Shown here: positions 46,077 to 54,377 of the stretch, one piece after another | Position numbering within the stretch: the first letter of the stretch is position 1 | How the letters are laid out: each line of letters opens with the position of its first letter | Source: Octopus bimaculoides | Taxonomy: Eukaryota | Length of the DNA: 54,377 bases | Direction of reading: 5' to 3' | Assembly: GCF_001194135.2 (NCBI RefSeq) | Contig: NC_068984.1 | Coordinates: 612,002 to 666,378 of the forward strand | The notes under the pieces: model-generated | What the model was told of the DNA's origin: nothing | The model's input: the letters and a program-made list of their open reading frames with translations, nothing else | Databases searched by the model: none | Position numbers and translations under genes: made by a program

Positions 46077-47529
46077 GTTTGCGTGTTTTATAGTAATTTA
46101 ACATTAAACTGAAGGATCATCCAATGCATTTTACTAAAGCAGATATTTATTAACTTTACATGGAAAAGGTTGACAGTGACTTCGAAGTTTTGGCTTTCTT
46201 CCATTCAGCAGTCTGGTGGAGGTAAGCAAGCTGAAACTTCGAAGTCGTTATTCTAGGTTATTCTATGTTAATAGGTTGGAGGAAATATCCGCCTACAAGA
46301 CATGATGATACAGTTCCAATTCCTGCTAGCAGCCACTTTCCTTCCACTAGTAGTGTTTAAATCTTTGAGATTTATCATAGAAAAATGTCAAATGCCCACC
46401 TAACCCTGTCCAACAATACCGTTTGAATTTCCTTGCTGAGGACAATTCAAAACGTTTTGGTCTTTAGTTCACTGCAGACAACTGGAGGCCTTTACGCTTG
46501 TTCTGGTGGCCATAGCAGCCAAATAAACAATTTTAGCTTTAAAAAAATGTCATAGACACACAATATCCGTAAAAAAATGAGAGATGGTCACAAGTGGAAA
46601 GTCTGCTTCATGAATTGACCAAGGGTCAAACAACAACAACGACAACAACTTCAGTGCGAATATTTCAGTATGAGAGATAATTTAATTATTTAACCCATTA
46701 AACTAGCAGTGATAGGTAGGTCATATGCAGGTAAATATTTTCATTCAGCTGAAGAACACATAATTAAAGCCAACAATGGCCAGGTGAGTCTCCCGAAGAA
46801 TTTTCTTTTTAAGCATTTCCATTTTCTCGTTACACTTAAACGACACCGGGAATCTCTCCCCAAACCATTCAATGATTCTCCCACACTGTGAAGGATTGAT
46901 CGGTGCTATTGAAGACAGCACAACCAATTCACTGATTCACCATCGCCCATTCCATTCACATTGAACGAAACTCTCTGTGGATGGAAACTATCCAGCTTAT
47001 TCGGTTCTTTGAGAATGGCTTTCGTCTATAGAATAATCGTGCTTTTTATAAAAGCTGGAATCTATATGTTAATGTAATTTTGAAATAGTCCTCTGAATTC
47101 ACCTGAAATGTGTGAATACATCTCGATTGCTATACATCAAACCATACTGAAAGATCTCCTTTATTTACTGCACTCACCGGAATAATGCAAGAACGATGTA
47201 AGATAATTTATTGGTTAAGAAAGACAGTCAATATATTCAAGAAAAACAAAGGTTTCTTCATTGCTTTTAATAGAATTTAGCAGAGATAGGGACATCTCTA
47301 TCAATAAGATGCAACATTATTGTTACTCACTTCTCAAAATGATATTTTGCCGTGTCTCACAATTAAATTATAAATATATTAAAAGATAAGTATTTACACA
47401 ACTTTGCCGTTTAAAAAGTTTCGTTTTGTTTCTGCGGGTACAAAACCCTAAATTTAATGACAGAACACATCTATCAACAAAAACACTACGCTTTTAAATG
47501 CATAGGATATTTCCTACCTTGTGTACTGA

Positions 47530-47594
<65 letters not shown>

Positions 47595-47784
47595 TATCTA
47601 CATGTGTGTGTGTGTGTGTGTGGTGTTTTTCTTAACATGGTTTGTATAGAAAATCAGTAGAGGGATTGTCGTACACTTTAGGCTAAGGTTTAGGCAATAA
47701 ACTAGACTTGAACCTGCGATCACATTTTTTCATTACGAATGTCTGCAGAACACCAGAAAGATATTAGTGTCACTTGCTGGTATT

Positions 47785-47912
47785 GATCGACTTTGCCTTT
47801 CATCCTTTTGGGGTTGATAAAATAAGAATCGGTTAATCACTGGAGGCGATTTAACCGTCTTACCCCTCCGCTCAAATTACTGGCCTTGTGCTAGAATTTG
47901 AAACCAACATTT
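47785..47912 (+). mobile_element. Family-A SINE, core and tail
   Basis: ATCGACTTTGCCTTTCATCCTTTTGGGGTTGATAAAATAAG. Confidence 0.8.
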
Positions 47913-47974
47913 ATAGGAAAGACAATGGATTTGTAGAGAGATGAATTCTTCACCATTGATAATTCGTTGTATGG

Positions 47975-48121
47975 TAGGCAGAAGACCTGAAATTTTGTAG
48001 AGCGGGGCTGGGGCTGGTGTAGTCCATCGATTCCACTGTTCACTTATTTTATCGATCCAAGAGGAAATATCACCTAGCAGTTTGTCAGACATGTTGACGA
48101 TTCTGCCAGCTCGCTGCCTTA
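47975..48121 (-). mobile_element. Family-A SINE, internally deleted
   Basis: Tail AGGCAGAAGACCTGAAATTTTG and head GATTCTGCCAGCTCGCTGCCTT. Confidence 0.75.
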
Positions 48122-48180
48122 AAAGTAACTTTGGCAGCATTTGAACTCAGAAGCATTTATTCTACCTCTTGATATTCTAA

Positions 48181-48440
48181 GCTGGAATAAATGCTTCTAA
48201 ACCGGAATAAATGCTTCTAAGCCGGAATGAATGCTGCTAATCCGGAATAAATGCTGCTAATCCGGAATAAATGCTGCTAATCCGGAATAAATGCTGCTAA
48301 TCCGGAATACATGTTGCTAATCCGGAATACATGATGCTAAGCCGGAATAAATGATGCTAAGCCGGAATACATGATGCTAAGCCGGAATAAATGATGCTAA
48401 GCCGGAATAAATGCTTCTAATCCGGAATAAATGCTGCAAA
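48181..48440. repeat. Minisatellite, 13 x 20 bp
   Basis: Unit (T/G)CCGGAATA(A/C)ATG(C/A)TGCTAA repeated in exact 20-nt register. Confidence 0.97.
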
Positions 48441-51400
48441 TCCAGATTAATTGCCTATGGGTTAAAGATTGTGCCAGTTAAACACTGATTAAATAATCAC
48501 GAATAAGGATTTCTTGCATTAACACAAGGAAGAAGATTTTTAGAAGAGACAATCCCAGTATATAACTGGTATTTTAATAACCGTTAAGTCGGCTTCCACG
48601 CACTTTTCATCTACCAATTTTCCCTCAAAAGCTTCGGTTGTCATGAAGCATCTTACGCAAACGTTTAAGGTGCGGCGGCTTAAGAAGCATCGAACCGGAA
48701 ACCGCATTTTTGCCTCTTATCCAGAGAAACGCGAATGCGTTCAGATTGAACGCGTGTTTGTTATTGATGTTGTACTGTCAATAACAAGTACAACATCATA
48801 CAAAATGAGATCAACATGAAAAGAATGATAGTTTTTTTTTTCTTTTTTTTTAACTACAATCCTTTTCGATGACCTCGCTAGCCTGAACAGTCCATTCTTG
48901 ATAAGGCACCACTTCATTCCATTCCAAAGAACTTTTCATGCCTTTCTTTGTAAATAGTGCATCAATCCTTTTTAAAAGCAACTTTGTACATTCGCTAATA
49001 TAATCCTAGATACATCTTACCTTTACAAAAAGACAGGATGGTCACAAATTGAATGACTTTGATCATAAACCTGTCCAGCTTGTGTTCACGTGGAGTTAAA
49101 TAACATCATCAGCAATAACATCAACAAGAAGGCAATATATATATATATATAGAGTAATAAAATACCAAGAAAAAGAAGAAAATATTCTCGCGGTTTAAAA
49201 TTCAAACTAAAGGAAGTCATTGTTTCTTTCTAATATGATTTAACTAGGAACCTTGAGACGGTTGTTGAGAAAGATTGGCGAGAATTAGATTTAAAACATT
49301 GGTTGATCGTGGCTTATAACGACACACAGACACTGTTGTCAAGGTTACACAAATAATCAATGTATAGGCTAACCATTCCTTGTTAAGTCCCCGGAAAGTA
49401 AAACAACAATAATAAGGTTGTCAATAATAAAATAGAACAAAATTTAAAGGCATTTTTGTAGGGCATACATTATACAGAAGTGTTTTAATGTATATTTTAC
49501 GTCTGTCTCTATATTCATACGCGCATACTAACACACACATATACAGATACACACACGTACACACATACTCAAGTTAAACTGAATTTATTATTTTAAAGCG
49601 AGTTTAACAATAACGAAAGAAAACAGTTATCGGAGGAGTGATGCATATCCTGCGCACAGATAAAGTTTTTCACAAATTCTAGTGTGACTTACAATGCGTT
49701 GCCTTAGCCATGCTTTTTAATTGAACTGAATTAAGCTTTCCTTCTTTGTAAGAATCACCATTATAAGTATCTATACTTCGGTGAAATTTAGGAATCAACT
49801 CGTAAATAAACGAAACCCTCGAATCCATCAGTGTACACACACATACACGCACACACAGTCGCATATATATATGAATGTATGTATGTATGTACCCACACGT
49901 GTCTATGCGCATAGGTACACCATGATCTACACACACACAGAATAAGCTCGATTCATATGAAAAAGAAAGTGAACAAAATAATAGGACCACTTACTTATTG
50001 TGAAATTTGAACGATTTAAAGAAATTCCTTTTATTTTTGTGAAGATGATCAAACCAAACGTTCATCATTTCCAGCCACTCACCTAATGAATATTTCTACC
50101 AAATGAACACCTATTTAATTTTAATTAGTTAGCGATTAAGGGTTTTGATAAATTAAACCCATGACTCCACTACAGACAAGTAATGTGATAGTATTTGACA
50201 CTATCAACCTGTGCATGCGGCATCCCACCGTCCATTTCAACATATGTGTACAAGTCAGAGCCTAGCACATTCTCCATTTTCTATCGTTAAAATGTTTATA
50301 AATGCGAGATATTGAAATAAAAGTTAAGCGTCGAGATGCTTGTATTTGTTTCGTCTTCGTTTCTCACTGTTATTCCTCCAACATGTATTGAAGTGACTTT
50401 CTATAATATGATTTACTCTATTTCACAATGCTTCATCTAAACTATACATCTTTATCATATTACAGAGAGCTTTATCTGTGTCTGCCTGTGAGTCACACAC
50501 ACTTTCTCGCCGCCTGTTTTTCTCATTCACGCTCTCTCTCCCCTCTCTTTTCAAGCATATACAGACAACATACATATAAATGCACACACATACACACAGA
50601 CATACAGACATAAATGTCTCTCTCTCTCTCTCTCTCTACACACACATATATATATGTAAATATATGTGTGTGCGTGCGTATGTGGAAGCAATGGGGAAAG
50701 ACAAAAATGAAAGAGAAAAGAAGTTTGAGCGAAAGAAAAGTGTTTTTGTTGTTTAAGAAATAGAAATCTAAGAAGATAATGAAGGGGATATTGCTTCAAG
50801 CAAAGATGTGCATTAAATGTGCAGCATGTTGTAAGGTGGTAATGTAAGATGCACAGTTTGACGTTCTGAAACGATTGCAATCGCACAATGATGATGATGA
50901 CGATAATAATAACGATAATTAATAATAATAACGATAATTAATAATAATAATGATAATAATGTATTTTTTTTACCAAAGTTCAAACGACAACGAATACAAA
51001 GTAGTGGATGTTGACAGCAGGACGGGATCGATATGTGCTGAGGGTGAACAATGTTTGGGTTCGTCCATTATCGTAGTTTCAGGTGTCGAACGTCAGAATC
51101 AGAATGAAGAACTTTTGATATAGTATTACATATAGAACGTTGAGGAAGGGCGGGAGGGAACAGAGCGAAAGTATAAGAAATATGTTAAGAGGGAGGAATG
51201 GGGAAAGAGGAAGGATGGCTGTCAACGATGAAAGGAGAATTCGATCTAAACGGGTAGATCTAAAATATAGAGAAATACTTGTTTTTGTTTATAGAGAAAG
51301 TTATTGGGTTGCAAGCGATCAGTTCGGTCTGACGTGGTCTTCTCATGATCAGATCTGTTACAGAAGCGAAATACTTTTATTCGAAAAGAAGTCGCTTGTG

Positions 51401-51884
51401 AGCAGAAATCATTCTTATTTACTATTTTCGACCAATTGGACTCATAAACAACCTTCTGGGCATTCGAGAACATTTATGTATACAAGAAGATACAGACTGT
51501 GAGCGGCAGTTAAAGAGAATGAAATCGTGGAGTTCATAACATTCAGAAATATAAAATACACATGTCTGTGGGAATGGTTATAAGGTTTCGAATACACAGA
51601 AACCTACGTTCGATCCGTTTGGGTTATTCGATTTAAGGCTTGAAATAAAATCACAACAAAATCGTGTCAGCGCTTCAAAGTTCATGGAAGGCAGAGTAAA
51701 GACGCTCATTGTAACGCAGTTTGAACTCGAAGCTAATCCGCGGAATCATTTGGGTTCCGAGTAGTTTGAAAAATATCGCGGCGTGCAGTAACGAATCCTT
51801 TTCAATGAAAGATTATGGTCGAGCATCAATTTATATGGATCGCTGCGATTGGAAGTTTATTCATATGTTTCTTTTTCTCTTCTT

Positions 51885-52185
51885 TGGTTCAGTCATTGGA
51901 GTATGGCCATGCTACGGCACCACCTTGAAGGTGAATAGATCAATCCCAGTACCTATACTTTAAAGTCTAATACTTATTCTAACGGTCTTTTTTTGCGGAA
52001 TTGATAGATAACGGAAACGTAAACAAACTAACACCGGTTACCAAGCGTTGGTACAGAAAAACTACAAACACAGTGACACACGCATATATATACTCATATA
52101 CAAACTATATATACGTCGGTCTTCCGCAGTTTCCGTCTACAAAATTCACTCACAAAGAATTGGTCGGCTCGGGAGACTCTCTGCC
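51885..52185 (-). mobile_element. Composite SINE family C/D, older copy
   Basis: Same head-microsatellite-tail order as 19422-19790. Confidence 0.7.
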
Positions 52186-52686
52186 ACCATCCAGAAGTGC
52201 TATGCCAGCCAGTAACTATGCAGGGCACAGTCGCTACTCCGTGGAGTATTTTCAAAACATCTGCGTACCCAAATACATATCGTCAAGTCTCAAAGAACCG
52301 ACTTTATACTAAGGTTTGAAAAACCAGTTGATACCGCTTCGTTCGTTATAAGACAGGTTGGAAAGAAGCAAGGAAATATTTTGTTCTGCTGATTATTTTG
52401 CATGGAATGTATCGGCCTCTTAAGAAAGGCATGAGTGTGGTTCAAACAAAAATTATTTCACTGATTTCAGTCAATGTATCACAGTTATGCTGCAGCACTA
52501 TTTTCAACGGTTTGGTCGCGTATCGATCCTTGTAAATAATTCAACCTGGAGTTGAATCTATCTATCTATATTTTGACCAAGTCTACTTTTTGATATGCTT
52601 TTAATCTTTAAACGGAAGTGGTGAGTCAGATGTATGATCACGCACACAGGCACATTATGCATGCGTACATACATTTTACACGCGCG

Positions 52687-53560
52687 TACGAGGTGGTATC
52701 AAAAAGTTCCCGAACTAGTTATGTTTAATAACAAATAACTTATTTACCTAAATTTTAACATAATCTCTTTCGAAATAGTCATCTTGCGCAGTAATACATC
52801 GGTTTCAGCGTTCCTGCCACTTTTGGAATCCAGCCTGGAAGTCGTTTTCCGTAAGCGAATCGAGGATCTTCTGCGAATTGCTCTTGATGTCGACAACGGT
52901 GTTAAAACGGCGACCTTTGCGCTGCATTTTCATCTTGGGGAAGCGATGGAAGTCCGCAGGTGCTGTATCTGCTGAATAGGGCGGGTAAAGAAACGACACC
53001 ATGTTGCTTCTGACGAGAAACTCATGAGTGAAGAAAGCTCGGTGACAAGATGCATTGTCATCGGGAAGAATGCAATTCTTCGCGCTCCACAAATCCGTCA
53101 CTTTCGCCGAGTGTCCTGTCTCAAACGCTTCAAAACGTCGTTGTTTGGCCTCCGACAATCCTCGGGCACAACAAACTGATGAATTGTCTCCACATATCCG
53201 GGTTGACGCTCGCTGCAGATCTTCCAGGTCGCCCATCGTCTTCCAGAGACATTCTTCCACTTTTGAAGTGCCATATCACTCGAAACATTGCGTCCGAACC
53301 ATTGCCTCGTCGCCGGAAGCTTGCCAAAGCAGACTCAATCTCTTTGTAGCTGACTTCCCAAGTTTAACGCAAAATTTCACATTAGCTCTTTGTTCCAACT
53401 TCCCATCCATGACAAAATCGCTACAGCATACGCGTGATCACAAAAACACAAATTTTACAACTTGCGACGTCACTCGGCACACTGCCTCATGAAGGTCACT
53501 ACTAGCTCGCATTGCGCATACAGCCGTGTGCTGCTATCTGTTGGCGCGCTACAGAACTAG
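52687..53560 (-). mobile_element. Mariner (Tc1/mariner) transposon, internally deleted and inactive
   Basis: ATG at 53410: MDGKLEQRANVKFCVKLGKSAT...CFE*; C-terminal DDNASCH...YPPYSADTAPADF (YSPDLAP-like). TA plus a TIR-like end CGAGGTGGTATCAAAAAGTTCCCGAACTAG at 52687-52718; the other TIR is mostly lost. Confidence 0.9.
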
Positions 53561-53999
53561 CCCTGGTGTGTGTGTAGAAAGAACAGACTTCAATCCAAAT
53601 TACATCAAATATTTCTGTGCATTAGCATCAGCTGTTAATTACCGAGTTTTCATATTATAACTGGATCTCCGTCGGTTATAATGATGGGGGGGCACGTGAT
53701 CTGATCAACGGAACAGCCTGAGCTCTCCACAGACGTGCGAACCTTTTACATAGTTTTCAGTAAGATTCAGTGTGACACAGAATGTGACAAGTGACTGGCC
53801 GTTTGAAATATAGATGCTGTTCTGAGTGGAGTGGAGCAATGTTTAATAAGTGTCTTGCTCAAGGACACAGCACACCACCGGGAATAACCTAACCACTAAT
53901 CCAGATGCCTTCACTCCATATTGTGACACGAATATTATATGAACATGATCTGTGAACTTGCACATCATCAGGGGAGTGGCTTTGAGAGTACTATATATA

Positions 54000-54377
54000 T
54001 ATATTGTTGTACTTGGGGATGGTCATATTGCCAGTTTAGCCAATAAAAACACACGCACTGTATATTTGGTGTTAATTTGCTTCAGCTTTATTTTACATTA
54101 ATCCTATTTCGACCAGAGTTCTTTCGTCACACTTCTGTGACCTCATCAGTGGTCCTTTGCTTTCTTCTTTCTTATGTGTGTCTCACCTTGCTAACTATCA
54201 GCCATTTTGTATTTTGTATTCCTATTGTATGTGTCTACGCATGCGTATCCTTCAATGTGTCTATGTTTTTGTAAGTGCATGTGTGTGTATGGGGAGTGCC
54301 TGTATTATCTATATCCTCTGTTAATACATATTCGTTTGTTTTTGTTTATCTATTTGTTCATGTGTTTATATCTACTT
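54000..54377 (-). mobile_element. Probable Penelope-like terminal repeat carrying the hammerhead
   Basis: Non-coding context around a minimal hammerhead. The association of such motifs with Penelope repeats is established; this assignment is inference. Confidence 0.45.
54111..54154 (-). ncRNA. Near-intact minimal type I hammerhead ribozyme motif
   Basis: Minus strand reads GACCA-CTGATGA-G-GTCAC(AGAAGT)GTGAC-GAAA-G(AA)C-TC-TGGTC. Stems I and II are perfect 5-bp helices and the core is intact. Confidence 0.75.

Noticed and set aside
48181-48440. CRISPR-like or coding repeat interpretation of the 20-bp array
   Set aside because: No unique spacers, eukaryotic context, and the unit length is not a multiple of 3.

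Overview
AT-rich, microsatellite-dense animal genomic DNA with five N-gaps. The SINE/LINE repertoire and scaffold style suggest an octopus or related coleoid (inference, not tested). The only host coding sequence I can support is one 294-nt minus-strand exon (13240-13533) of a cyclic nucleotide-gated (CNG) channel, covering the C-linker and the start of the cNMP-binding domain, with clean splice signals. I found neither neighbouring exon, so the rest is probably two very long introns. These are filled with decayed elements: many R4/Dong-type (restriction-like endonuclease, RLE) LINE pieces stacked head-to-tail on (TAA)n tracts, RTE, L2/CR1 and L1/Tx1 fragments, a deleted mariner, a Helitron helicase fragment, fold-back MITEs and several tRNA-derived SINE families. 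The most notable unannotated signals are (i) four minimal type I hammerhead-ribozyme motifs, one nearly intact and sense to the channel pre-mRNA, (ii) RLE insertion trains whose subfamilies share a 3' stem-loop, and (iii) several hairpins and inverted element pairs that could form intronic dsRNA. All translations, alignments and folds were done by eye. Repeat boundaries are approximate (tens of nt).
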